Counted from the first letter of the stretch, positions 13,481 to 25,237 are shown. The stretch is 64,000 nt of DNA from Apostichopus japonicus (GCF_037975245.1 NC_092565.1:23210063-23274062); one strand, 5' to 3'. The notes: generated from the sequence alone by a model not told the origin. Made by a program: numbers and translations.

Positions 13481-14364
13481 GTATGTACTAAAATATTTTG
13501 GTAAATTAATTTAGACAATAATTATAGGCATTGGTATTATACTATATACAAGCTAGAATACACAATATATATACCATAAAAATATAAAATATATCAGAAT
13601 GGGCATATTGAATCCCTCATATAGAACAGGTGAAAATATTCTACTGAACCTGTTCCATACCAAGCAGTTTTGAGGCTGTGAAACAAAGGATCGACCAGAA
13701 ATATAGAAATAGCATAGTCTGAAGCAGTATCTATACGCTGTGTCAGCTATGATGATTTTCACACACATGATTCAGTGCATGGTACATTCAATTGTTGGTC
13801 AGAATCGGGACATACATACAGTCAAATGTGGTGCAAACTGTAGATTTGCATTGTTTCACACAGATGATTTGACCATGGATACTTTTGTGGGGCTGTGGTA
13901 AATTTCACAAACATGATTCAATAAGCCCTAGTACACCTTTTTTTTTAAATTGTATCTAAACAACGTTAGTTGTGGTAGCTGCATGTTAACTATATTACGC
14001 TATCGTGTATTGGTCAGTCAAGACATTTAGGGCAGAGGTGCCATTCAGAAGCTGTGTATCCCACTTTGTCATCACAAGGTTCCTAGATCAAGCTACTGTC
14101 AGACTATACAGTAGGTTAATCCTCTTCAGCCATTGATGAGCATATATGGCCTAATACGGGGGAAATGTTCCATCAGATAAGGCAATTGGTGGTCCCCGGA
14201 ACCGAGTGGTAATTATATTGATAATACACTCCTGTATGGATGCCAATTGTGTGGAAATTCTTGATCATTTTAATAACACACCCCAATATAGACAGGTCCT
14301 AAATCTCTAAGCATTATATTTATTTCAATCAAGATCAATAATTCACTGATTGTACTTTTTGCAG

Positions 14365-14415
14365 ACAACTAATGAAGAGCATGATGAAGTGCCTCAGGAG
14401 GAAATGAATACTATG
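14365..14415 (+). CDS. 51-nt cassette exon copy 8 (silent GTA>GTG)
   Basis: Same context. Confidence 0.4.
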
Positions 14416-15710
14416 GTATGTACCATAATATTTTGGTAAATTAATTTAAGACAATAATTATAGGTATGGGTATTAAACTATACAAGCTAGAATACACAAT
14501 AGATGTAATCTATATACCCTAAGAATATAAAATATAACAGAATATGCATATTGAATCCCTCATATAACAGGTGAAAATATTCTACTGAACCCGTCCCATA
14601 CCAAGCAGTTTTGATGATTTTCACACACATGATTTAGTGCATGGTGCATTCAATTGTTGGTCAGAATCGGGACATACATACAGTCAAATGTGGTGCAAAC
14701 TGTAGATTTGCATTGTTTCACACAGATGATTTGACCATGGATACTTTTGTGGGGCTATGGTAAATTTCACAAACATGATTCAATAAGCCCTAGTACACCT
14801 TTTTTTTAAATTGTATCTAAACAACGTTAGTTGTGGTAGCTGCATGTTAACTATATTACGCTATCGTGTATTGGTCAGTCAAGACATTTAGGGCAGAGGT
14901 GCCATTCAGAAGCTGTGTATCCCACTTTGTCATCACAAGGTTCTTAGATCAAGCTACTGTCAGACTATAGAGTACATGAAGGTTAAAAACCCCTTCAGCC
15001 ATTGATGAGCATATGGCCAAATACGGGAAAGCTTCCATCATGCTAAAATACACAATATATTACTATATAATCTATAACCTAAGAATATAAAATATATCAG
15101 AATGGACATAGTCAATACCTCATATAACAGGTGAAATATTGTACTGTCTACTGAACCCGTCCCATATCAAGCAATTTTTAGGCTGCAAAACAAAGAATCG
15201 GCCAGAAATATAGAAATAGCATGGTCTGAAGCAACAGCTATTATGATGATGGTCATGTCAATCATAGCATTGGAATTCCATATCGGCCTGATAAAAAAAC
15301 TGGACAACTATATTCAGTTTTGCTTACAGGTTCTGCATGAACTAGCTGTAAAGATGTTTGTATTTTGCTCTCCCATATCCATTCAATGAAATGGTTGACT
15401 CGGTACAGGAAGAGTCTCTTATGTTAGACAAATTCACTGATCTATGTTTTGCTCAGAAGCTGATCTTAGGACTGAACCTGTCTTGATGTCCTGGCCTAGT
15501 TGCGTGACCTATTCCTAGGGATTGGGGAAATGTTTTTTTTCTGACACAATATACCTTTTTCTTGTTCTTAGAAAATTCATGTTTTTCTGTTTTAACATAA
15601 CAAATTAAAAAAGTTGATTGTGAAAATAGTTTGATCTGTTATTTTGTTACATTTAAATGTCATTCTAAATATGTTTCATACTTACTTTGTTAATTTTATT
15701 CTTGTTTTAG

Positions 15711-15747
15711 GAAACTGCATGCAAATCAACATCAGTCTCATTCACAG
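15711..15747 (+). CDS. Small exon (ETACKSTSVSFT+G)
   Basis: cttgttttag|GAAACTGC...TTCACAG|gtgagt. Phase chaining with the next exons leaves a single continuous open frame. Confidence 0.4.
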
Positions 15748-15871
15748 GTGAGTTTTATTGTGTTCAATCCGAACAAATTGTTTTAAATACTTTTAGAGCC
15801 ATTTTACTTTTATTGAACTCACTAATTTTTATCAGTTCTGTAAACTGCAAACTTCATTTTCACTCTTTCAG

Positions 15872-15931
15872 AATCCCCAAATGGTGCATTATATTTTGAT
15901 GCTGATCTGAGAAAATACCATCATTCACTTG
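15872..15931 (+). CDS. 60-nt exon (ESPNGALYFDADLRKYHHSL)
   Basis: cactctttcag|AATCCCC...CACTTG|gtaagtg. Only the +2 frame is open, which fits a phase-1 join from 15747. Confidence 0.45.
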
Positions 15932-16146
15932 GTAAGTGAAACAGCATTTAAATAGCCTTTTAATTGTTACCTATTAATTAACAAGTTTTCTTTATGTATT
16001 CTGTTAGATATTTTATGCTATATATATTTCATTATATTTTGATGCCGATCTGAGAAAAATGAAGCCTTTGGACTATTAATTTTTAATGAGAACACTCTCT
16101 TCATTGTCTTTATGACTTATCGATTTTCATTTTTAAATTGCCACAG

Positions 16147-16206
16147 ATAACAACCCCAATGAGCCTGTGTTTTTGGATGAAATGACAGGGAATATGTACT
16201 CATATG
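16147..16206 (+). CDS. 60-nt exon (DNNPNEPVFLDEMTGNMYSY), paralogous in length and periodicity to 15872-15931
   Basis: ccacag|ATAACAACC...CATATG|gtgagtt. Only one frame is open. Confidence 0.45.
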
Positions 16207-16421
16207 GTGAGTTAAATTGACATGTTACCTGAATGTTTATTTAACCGACTGAATGCAAAAGTAACATTTTTGAATTTCTGTAATTACAAAATATTAAGAT
16301 ATTTCAGATATTTTTAGATATTGCTCTATCATGCCTATTTGGTATTGGCTAAACTTATTTACTGTAATAGGAATAGATGTATAATATCCAAAACTTAAAC
16401 AATTATTCTTCATTTCAACAG

Positions 16422-16447
16422 ATATTTGTACTGTATCCTGCCAAGAG
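16422..16447 (+). CDS. 26-nt exon (DICTVSCQE) that restores phase 0
   Basis: catttcaacag|ATATTTG...CAAGAG|gtaaag. Confidence 0.35.
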
Positions 16448-17603
16448 GTAAAGTATATACAATTCTAATTTCCAGGGAAGAAATATTACCAAAATAAATT
16501 TTGTAGTATATTCTTAGCTATTCTTGTCTATGAAAGGAGGTGGTCATTGAAGCATAACATAACCAAAAATAAAAATGTTACTTCCAATTTAACTTTCATG
16601 TACGGAACATGTAAATTCACATGGTAAAATCAATACATGTTTTTTACAATTCAAATCGTGATTTTGGAACATATTCCACAGGCTTGTTTTGGTAAAAACT
16701 TCATCACATGAGTTATAAGGATTTGGAGAAGTTAACTTGAATAAATCCTAACTAAATGTTTTGACTCTGCTCCCACCCCCTCCCCCCTCCACAAAAAAAA
16801 GAGGAAAAAAATAATACATTGCCATATATACAGCATCTCAACAAAAATGTGCTAAATTCATTTCCCCATAGGAATCCTACAATTTTTATCAGTAATATGA
16901 TACTAACATCAGAGGAAAATATTTAAAATTGGAATCTGTCAATTCATGATCATAGAAAAATAGGTTTTGTATCGAAATACACAAGAGATCAAAATAAGCA
17001 GATTTGTAGTAAATGCCCAAAGCTGTACATTCTAAGATTTGGCAGATACAGTATGTGCACGTTGTTGGTACAAACCATCAAAATGTGCTATAATGTACTT
17101 ATGTATATGTTTCTGAAATACACACTGATTAACTATCAATGTATGCATGATATAACATGCATGTCATACCAATTATCTTTGAGGTGTAAGAAACATACTT
17201 TTCCCAAATTCCATGTGGTTTCTTGTTCCACAGCAGAACCACACAACAAGTAAATTTGAAAGAGTATAACTGCTTCCAATCCTGGAGTTTCATTAACAAA
17301 GTATATATATATAAATTTATAAGTTCCTTCAATTTTGCTCTTCAAATAGTAAAATGCTATCAGTTAAACTAAATGCAGCATTGCCTATTCTTTGATTCTA
17401 TTTGTCCAGTAACAAACTGTTCTTCCTATAACAAATGATATGCAAAAAGTGTTAATAGTTACCCTAGGCCTGTATGCATTGCATCTATTGAATCCTTTGA
17501 AATACCAAAGGAGTATGTGCTGTAAATTTGCAAAAATGGCATAGAAATATTGTAGTTGATCACAGTTTAATTTTAGTATTAAATCAATTTATTTGATTTA
17601 CAG

Positions 17604-17660
17604 GAGTATCCTGAACTTCAACCAGTATTTGATAAAATGATGCAGCAAATAGAAGAACAG
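17604..17660 (+). CDS. 57-nt exon (EYPELQPVFDKMMQQIEEQ)
   Basis: tttgatttacag|GAGTATCC...GAACAG|gtaaac. Phase 0. Confidence 0.45.
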
Positions 17661-18114
17661 GTAAACAGTCTTGCATAAATTATAGGCCTATCTCAGTGAA
17701 TGTTTCCCAGCTGTCTTGATGATGCATATCTACAAGTATTAATTATCAGGGGTACTGTTAATTAGCTAAAGACTAGACTTTTAAGTCGCCAAAATGAAAA
17801 GATCTAGTCGCCATGGCCACCAGAATATACTGTATGTGAAAGGTGTGATCAGATTATCTGTGTGAAACTAGAATCTGCAGTTTGCTCCACACATGATAGT
17901 GTCTATGGGTACCATTGGCTTACAATTGCAACTGATCAATGTACCAATGAATCACTTGGCACTCCAGTAATGTTGGAAGGTGAAAGCCAAAGACCAAGAA
18001 TTGGCAGCTAACTAACAATGTCAGGCAATATGTATTGCAGCTGGAGAGTTATATATTGTATATCAACAATGAATTTATATGGTTTATTGATTCACATTAT
18101 TCTACTTCTTGCAG

Positions 18115-18165
18115 ACATCTGATGATGATAGTGACAAAGCTATCTACGAAGAAAATGATTCCAAG
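18115..18165 (+). CDS. 51-nt acidic exon copy 1 (TSDDDSDKAIYEENDSK)
   Basis: cttcttgcag|ACATCTGATGATGATAGTGAC...GATTCCAAG|gtatgtac. Same length and phase as the upstream TTNEEHDEV cassette. Confidence 0.5.
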
Positions 18166-18387
18166 GTATGTACAGTACTACCCTTGCAGTTACAGTAATT
18201 ATTTCAAACCACACTTTTTCAAAAAACAATTGAGTCTCCTATTCCAGTTACAATGCAGATAAATAAATGGAATGGAAATATCACTTGAACAATATGTATT
18301 GCAGCTGTCACCTGGAGAGTTATATATTGTATATCAACAATGAATTTATATATGGTTTATTGATTCACTTTATTCTACTTCTTGCAG

Positions 18388-18438
18388 ACATCTGATGATG
18401 ATAATGACAAAGCTATCTACGAAGAAAATGATTCCAAG
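18388..18438 (+). CDS. 51-nt acidic exon copy 2 (TSDDDNDKAIYEENDSK)
   Basis: Tandem duplicate with the same splice context. Confidence 0.5.
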
Positions 18439-18655
18439 GTATGTACAGTACTACCCTTGCAATTAATTATTTCAAACCACACTTTTTCAAAAAACAATTG
18501 AGTCTCCTATTCCAGTTACAATGCAGATAAATAAATGGAATGGAAATATCACTTGAACAATATGTATTGCAGCTGTCACCTGGAGAGTTATATATTGTAT
18601 ATCAACAATGAATTTATATATGGTTTATTGATTCACTTTATTTTACTTCTTGCAG

Positions 18656-18706
18656 ACATCTGATGATGATAATGACAAAGCTATCTATGAAGAAAATGAT
18701 TCCAAG
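18656..18706 (+). CDS. 51-nt acidic exon copy 3
   Basis: Tandem duplicate with the same splice context. Confidence 0.5.
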
Positions 18707-19477
18707 GTATGTACAGTACTACCCTTGCAGTTAATTATTTCAAACCACACTTTTTCAAAAAAACAATTGAGTCTCCTATTCCAGTTACAATGCAGATAAA
18801 TAAATGGAATGGAAATATCACTTGAACAATATGTATTGCAGCTGTCACCTAGAGAGATTCAAAAACTTACTGGTTTGGATATTTACGAGTGACGAGCTTA
18901 CCTGTCTCCTCACAACCTTAGCACCTCATTCTACCGTGCCTATAAAGTCCTGGTAAAATAATAACACTGTGCGCCCTCTATGACCGAACCCCCCCTCGGT
19001 CACTCCTCACTACTCATGAGACCACTCCTTAAAAGTGGCCTCACGGTCACCGAAATAGGGGTGGCCAGAATCCTCTGGCCACCCCCAAGGACTCCCGTCG
19101 ACTAAACTTCTCAAAGGTGAGCCCTTAACAAAAGGCACTGATGCCTTCCTAGCAGGGAGAGTGTAATCCTCCCCGCCGCAGCGGGTAAGGGGGGGGGGGA
19201 CACTCTCCTGAGCCCTGCAGGCGAAACTACCCCTTTTTCCTAACAAGGAGCCTCATCCTGTAAAGGCCCAACACTTGCTAACCCTAAGACAACTTAGGTG
19301 AGTACGCCTATGAAAAACACAGGGTGCAAAGTTACCCTCACCGATAGACCTGGCCGGTGACTCTTAGTAGTTGTTGGCTCTGTCTATCTGGTGTTGTGCT
19401 TGGAGTCGTGAGCCTAGTCGAACGACTGCTCCCCCGTCCGGCTGTGTCCCACCCCCTCGGGGGAGGGAGGCGGGAAT

Positions 19478-19575
19478 GGAGACAGGTAAGCTCGTCACTC
19501 GTAAATATCCAAACCAGTAAGTTTTGGAATATTTACTTCGCTCCTCGCTTACCTGTCTCCTCACAACCTTAGCAC
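19478..19575. repeat. Internal complementary region (ICR) of the DIRS-like element
   Basis: ggagacaggtaagctcgtcactcgtaaatatccaaaccagtaagtttt is the reverse complement of 18868-18909. ggaatatttacttcgctcctcgcttacctgtctcctcacaaccttagcac is the reverse complement of 25081-25130. Confidence 0.6.
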
Positions 19576-21573
19576 CGAGTGGCACTGCCCGATGGTGGGA
19601 GGCCCGAGGGGTGGGACCAAGTACCAACCGGCTACCACCGCGCTACCAAAAGCTGCCTCGGCGTGTAGAGTGTCAGGTAAGTAACAGGCGACGAACGTAG
19701 TTGGTGTTTTCCACGCTGCCACCTTGAGGATGTCCTGTATCGGGATACCGGCAGAGAGAGCTGTGGAAGCCGAGGCCCCACTGATGTTGTGATCTCTTGG
19801 CCGGGTATCCCCCCATCGTGAACGGGCGGATCATCTCTACTAGCCATCGGGATAGGGTATCCTTGGCGGCTGCTGTTTAAGGTGGTCGTGGCAGGATGAA
19901 AAGGGAGGTTGTTTGTCTCAACTTCTCTGTCCTGTTTAAGTACCACTTCAGTGCCCTGACTGGGCACCATCGCTTGTCCTCAGCCACTGATGAAAGGGTT
20001 TTGATTTCCGGAAAGAAAATGTCCCCGGGCAAGAAAGTCAAGGCCCGGTTCTTGGCAATAAGGGACGGGTCTGGAACTGTCCTCGCCCCATGGCCCTCGA
20101 ATCTGATGTGGTTCTGTTTGGTTGTTAGGGCTTGGAGGTAACTCCTTCACGCTGACGCTACCGCAATGACGAAGAGTGTTTTCTTTGTAAGAGCAGCCAG
20201 GGAAACGTTCCCCGACGATTCGTACAGCGGCCCTGCCAGGGCATGCAGCACTGCTGAGAGCCCCGCAGAGGGGGCTAACTGTCTGACTCGTGGACGGCGA
20301 TGAGCCATGCCTTTGGTGAGCTGGTCAATGTCTGGGTTAATGCCCAGCGTGGAGCCGTCTGGAAAACCAGACGTCCCCGTCTGGGGCCTGTGTGTGGGAC
20401 CTGCGGCCTGGGACCCGGGGTCCGGAGGGAGCCACTAGGATGAGTTTACCCTTGGAGCTGCGAATCTTCCTCAGTATCTGGCTGATCATGCCAAAGGGGG
20501 GGGGGGAAGAATTTAAACCTCTGGTCCGTCTCAAGGCAGGGACCTGGCGCTATGTGGGAGGCTGCAGGTGGGACCGCCTGTTACAAAAGATGGGCAGCCC
20601 ATTGTTGCCCTTTGTCGTAAGCAGGTCTATCAGAGGTATGCCGAACATGTGGAAAAACCTACCGCATGTTCCTTGCGAAGGGTTTACTCGTCGGGGTCGA
20701 GTTGTCCCCTGGGCAGAGCATCGGCCCTCACACTCTCCTTTCTGGCTATATGGGAGACCCATAGGGCCGTGCCAGATTCTGCAGCTGTGGTGACGGTCTC
20801 CCATGCCAGACGGCACAATCTCTCTGCCCTGGAGTCCTGAGAGCGAGGCGGAAGTACATGAAACCTGGTTATCTTTGCAAATAGAGTGTTGGGGCCGATC
20901 CTTTGCCCTGCTGACGCCACTGTGGTGCAGGAAAGTGGTTTCTCTGTATATGCTGCTAAAGAAGTCAAGGACAGTGGCCTGTATGATAACCTTGTTAGCG
21001 CCTGCAGTACAGCAGCACTCGCAGTACTGCTTGCATTACCACAGTACCGCTGATGACCCCTTTAGTTATCAACCAGTTGCAATCAGAAAACCTCTGAAGA
21101 AAAGTAATGCCTTGATGATGTAGACCTAAGCTGTACCCTGTAGGGAGGTTTAATGGAGGTTCTTTCCATGAAAAATAATATTAATAATAATATTGAGGGT
21201 TGAACTGCGCCGGCCTATCTATCGATAACGAAGCCAGAGGCGCTAGCAATATTACCCTGGTCAACAATAACCTGTTAAACAGAGAGAAATCCCTCCTGGA
21301 TGGAAAGACGCAATGGAGATAAAGTGCCTTGCCCAAGGAAACAACAGAATGATCTGGCCAGGACTAAAACCTGCAAGCCTTAGATCACCAGTACACTGCC
21401 TACACCGCTTGACCACAGTGCTCTCCAAAAATTGAGTACTGAATGGATAGTTTGCTTCATCAGAGTCTTAATCAATGCTACAGCTGCTATGTGGCTTTTA
21501 CAACTACAGTATATGTATGTATTTGTGTATGTAATTTAGATCATCCTGCAAGTAGGAACTTGTGAAGAAGCCT

Positions 21574-21761
21574 CATTGGCTTATCAAAGCCGCAAGCTGA
21601 CCAAAGTCAGTCTCGTACATTCATATTTTAATGTCCATGACTATGAATTGTCAACAGCTCTGTAACTGGACAACATACATTAATCTTGGGGTGACTTGAA
21701 CCGGGGACCTTTTGATTGGAAGGCACCGGGTTTAACCACTGAGCTAACTAAGCTACAGCCC
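21574..21761 (-). mobile_element. Full-length tRNA-derived SINE (minus strand), nested in the DIRS-like element
   Basis: Minus-strand 5' head gggctgtagcttagttagctcagtggttaaacccggtgccttccaatcaaaaggtccccggttcaagtcacc carries A-box-like (TAGCTCAGTGG) and B-box-like (GGTTCAAGTC) sequences. Its 3' end cannot pair with its 5' end as an acceptor stem, so it is not a functional tRNA. Its body and tail match the 5887 and 6151 copies. Confidence 0.6.
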
Positions 21762-22052
21762 TACTCACCAGGAACAAACTCCCAACAGGGGATGTGTAGG
21801 GTGGGTTTGTAGAAATTCCACCTCATAAATCCTGGCTGTTTAACGGAGTCCAGGGAGTGACTCAGCAAACACAAAGGCGTTACTAAATGTTTAGTCTTTT
21901 GCTATGATAGCGTTATTAGAGGTGTAAGAAATATGTTACCGAAACCCTTTAGGGGCTATTATTTCAAAACAATTTCCGTTAAGACATTAATATAACATTA
22001 ATATAACGTAATATCTCATAGACATCTTATGTCAACGTTTTATCAACACCAC

Positions 22053-24290
22053 ATTTAACGTAATAAACACGTATTGAATGTTATGATAACGTACCCGTTA
22101 CTTCTCAAATCTCTTCCTGTCGAGATGTGTCCATTTCGTAGTGCAGTAAAGGTATCCAGCTTCCTATTGAAACCACCTAGCGCCTAGGCTAGTCAAGACT
22201 AGGCCATCAGGTGCTACGAAATGCAACTCTGCTTAAGATGTCGGAACATCGAACATTGTTCATAAAGCGCATGCTGTATGTTCGGAGCGTGTTAGCGCTT
22301 GTAACTTGCTGGGGTTGTATCCTACCCCTTTTTCAACTTACTAACGCGTTTGTCTTGGTAATTCACCAAAGAAATAGGAAGAAAGGCTTATTCCATAGGA
22401 TCGCTCACGTAGTCGATAGCTCGTTGCAGTAAAAGTTGAGCTTACACGTGTCAAGCCAGGTGGCTGCTTGGCCCCCCCCTCCTCTCTTAACAAATGTGCC
22501 ACGTTGTACCTTTTTTTCTGGCAGTTTGCCAAGGATCTATGAGCGTTATGTTTCCTGGCACTTTGCCAAGTCTCGAGAAAGTTCTCTTCCTAGCAGTTTG
22601 CCAAGGTTTTAAAGTAAACGGAATACTGTAAGTCATGAGAACCGATTTAAAACCCCTCAGTCTTACGCATTTTAACATGTTCTGGAAGTGGGTTCACCAG
22701 TGTTTTAAACGACAGTGTTTTTAAACACAAGTAAGATTTTAACCTAGGCAAATGGCGATGAATTATGATTAGAGAGGAGTATAATTAGCGAGGAGAATAT
22801 GACCCATGAGTGTCTGCAGGTACTCGATAAATAAACACACATTTGGGATGTGTAGTGGTAGCGGTGTTTTTCCGCAAATGATTCGAACCTGTCGTCGCCG
22901 CTCAAGCTGCTAGTTCCGGGAGGGGGACACTCCCCCTATTCTGGGAAGCGGGAGTAACCGTCCTCTGTAACCCCGAAATCTAGGGGTCGACCTCGTCGTC
23001 TAGGCCGGACAGGTTGCCCGACGCTCTGCAAACCAGGTCGTCCTTGCCGGGGAACAAATCAGGTTCCATTCTTTGGTCTGGGATTGATCGTGGTGTCGCG
23101 GCCGGGCTGGCCGTGGGTTGCGATCGCTCCTCGGCACCGATGTCTGTGTTCGGTGTCTGGGGATAAGTATTTCTCCCTTTGCCGTGGGAACCTGGCTCGG
23201 GGCTGGTTCTCTTTTCGGATTGGGCGCTTGCCCCTGCTACCCCGTTCTGGGGGCCCGGCATTGGTAATCTCGTCGGTTCCCGGCCTCAGGACCGGCCGCG
23301 GCTCCGGTTAGGGGGTCTGCGGGCCGGGCTTCTGCACCTGCTACCCCATTCTGGGGGCCTAGCAGTTGTTAATCTCGTTGTAAATGTTGTTGTAGTTGTA
23401 AATGTTATTGTAAATGTCGCAGTTGTAAATGTTGTTACTCTCGTAGGCTCCCGACTTCGGGACCAGTTTTGGATCCCGTTTGGAGATCTGCGGACCGGGC
23501 TTCTGCCCCTGCGCCCCCGTTCTCGTCGGGCCCGGGCCCTCCGGAGCCAATCTCTGAGGACCCAGCAGTCGATTGTATAGCTCTGGTTCCCGGCTCCGGG
23601 GGCGGTCTCGGATCTGGAGTGAAAACTCGGTTCTGCCTTCCCTTCGAGTCTCGCCGGACCCGGGGTCTCGCCGGACCCGGGGCCTCGCCGGACCCAGGCT
23701 CCCGGAGCCCGTCTCTGTGTGCGTACCACGCCGGGTACCACCACGCCGGTATTCCTCGACCCGGACATTCTGTCCTTTCCGGTGGGATTTTTTTTTTTTT
23801 TTTTTTTTCTCGCCGGACCCGGGCTCCCCGGAGCCTGCTATGGGACCGGCTCCGTTTCAGCGACCCCTCGGTCGTACTCTCTCTCTCGGACCCGAGCTCT
23901 CCGTGGCCTGTAGCCCGCGCTCCATGGGTCTCTCTTGCTGCGACCCGGACTGAGACGTTGCCTCTAGCCCGGCCGAGCCGTGCCTCTTCTCAAGAGGTCT
24001 TTTCTTGGCAGGAGCCTTGCTCCTGCCCTTCCCTCTGGCCGTAATCAACCGGACGTCGCCGGGACCGTTAGGGGTACTCTTTCTCTCTCTCTCCACCTCT
24101 CCTTCGGCCCTCTCCTGGCCACTTTCCTCCACCTCTCTCACCACTTCTCCCTCCTCCTCTCTCTCTCTCTCTTGTCTCTCCTATATCTTTTTCTGGGGCA
24201 CCGATGGCCTAAGGAATCAAGTCCAGCCTGCCCTAAAGCTTGCTTCTTAGACTCGTAAGCCACTGGTCTATCTAGTGCCACTGGGCTGGC
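22053..24290. repeat. Unclassified dispersed repeat X, copy 1 (inside the DIRS-like element)
   Basis: Collinear with 33805-35300: acatttaacgtaa..tgaatgttatgataacgtacccgttac..; the tandem motif tggcagtttgccaagg; the tract gctagttccggg...ccgtgggaacct.gctcgggc..ggtt; and a CT-rich 3' tract. Internal (GCCGGACCCGGGG)n repeats, a T21 run at 23783-23803 and an A11 run at 24395-24408. Confidence 0.6.
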
Positions 24291-25186
24291 GAAAAATTTA
24301 TGCAGACCAGGCATGGGTCCCGTCTGGTGTAGGTTCTACACTTAGGACACAAATCGTGTTCGACCCAGGTTCTGCCTGGCCGAAACATCGAAAGTTAAAA
24401 AAAAAAACTTCAGCTGGTTACGAGACAAACTAAAACGCCCGAATTAAGGAAAGACTAACTCTTAAGCTTACGGAAAAATGCAAACTAGCAAGAGAACGGG
24501 AGAGAACGGGAGGTACATAACGGTGAGTAGAGGTACGTAGCGTAACCTAGCAACGGCAAAATACGAAAAACGCTATGAAGTGGCCTAACAAAATCAACAC
24601 AAGCTGAAAAAGAACATGAGAGAGCGAAATATAGAAGAAGAAATCGTGAATAGAAATACAATGTAGACATGCTATGAACATGAAAATACAACGACACGCC
24701 TATAGCGTGGGGAAGGGAAATTGGCGGGAAACCTAGGCAGTTCGCGGAACTGCTACCCCCGCAAAAAACCTAAGGGCGGAAACGCACTAGGAATAAAAAC
24801 AGTCCCCAAAACCCTCCCTTTCAACAAAAAAGGATACTTATCGGGCTGGAAAGGACTGCAATACTCCTAAGAATCCGAGGAAAGAAACTTCCAAAGATCG
24901 CTAAAGAAAACCAAGACGAAATCCAAGGGAAATATATCCACAAGAAATTCACGTGAAGACACTTTTAATGGTAGAATGAGTAGTGAGGAGTGACCGAGGG
25001 GGGGGGAGGGGTTCGGTCATAGAGGGCGCACAGTGTTATTATTTTACCAGGACTTTATAGGCACGGTAGAATGAGGTGCTAAGGTTGTGAGGAGACAGGT
25101 AAGCGAGGAGCGAAGTAAATTTCTATATTGTATATCAACAATGAATTTATATGGTTTATTGATTCACTTTATTCTACTTCTTGCAG

Positions 25187-25237
25187 ACATCTGATGATGA
25201 TAATGACAAAGCTATCTATGAAGAAAATGATTCCAAG
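25187..25237 (+). CDS. 51-nt acidic exon copy 4, lying to the right of the DIRS-like insertion
   Basis: Identical to copy 3. The unit is separated from the array by the 6.3-kb insertion. Confidence 0.5.

Larger units (their letters stand above)
1..15300. repeat. Tandem array of ~1.32-kb (long) and ~0.95-kb (short) repeat units, 8-9 units. One unit (U3, 2268-9129) is interrupted by the 2418-7949 insertion.
   Basis: The unit start motif atataaaatataacagaatataaatccctcatataacaggtgaaaatattctactgaacc recurs at 1, 1327, 2268, 9130, 10450, 11770, 12720, 13561 and 14521. The identical 73-aa ORFs at 8358, 9685 and 11012 are repeat copies. The array degenerates after ~15050. Confidence 0.9.
18020..18848. 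repeat. Tandem array of 3 x ~273-bp units, each carrying one 51-nt exon. It continues at 25131-25375, after the DIRS-like insertion, with a fourth unit.
   Basis: Near-identical units start at ~18028, ~18300 and ~18570. The sequence to the right of the insertion (25131...) resumes the unit at tatattgtatatcaacaatgaatttatatgg. Confidence 0.85.
18857..25130 (-). mobile_element. DIRS-like retroelement, apparently non-autonomous or degenerate. It has ITRs plus an internal complementary region, and is inserted in the 273-bp exon-bearing repeat.
   Basis: Inverted terminal repeats: left outer 18860-18896 plus core 18897-19016; right core 24977-25103 plus outer 25104-25130. The ~120-bp cores are near-identical apart from the length of a C/G run. 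An internal block at 19478-19575 is revcomp(left outer end) abutted to revcomp(right outer end), which is the DIRS1-type ICR arrangement. There is no target-site duplication. The interior is GC-rich and has no ORF longer than 191 aa. It holds a nested SINE (21574-21761) and repeat X (22053-24290). Orientation is inferred from the ICR lying near the left end. Confidence 0.55.

Noticed and set aside
19357-21123. Dense overlapping ORFs (65-133 aa) on both strands inside the DIRS-like element, some with YR-like fragments (e.g. VTVSHARRHNLSAL)
   Set aside because: GC-rich sequence yields stop-free stretches in all frames. No single frame is sustained, and I could not align the motifs convincingly by eye. 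They may be decayed RT/YR remnants, but I cannot support a CDS call. This is flagged for profile search in the findings.
21688-21761. tRNA-like sequence with A- and B-box matches
   Set aside because: The 5' GGGCTGT and the 3' region cannot form an acceptor stem. The sequence continues into a conserved SINE body and tail found in two other copies. I treat it as a SINE head, not a tRNA gene.
23084-24258. ORFs of 126-191 aa in repeat X copy 1 (proline/arginine-rich)
   Set aside because: They lie in GC-rich minisatellite sequence (GCCGGACCCGGGG repeats) and have low-complexity translations. A diverged second copy of X does not preserve the frames.
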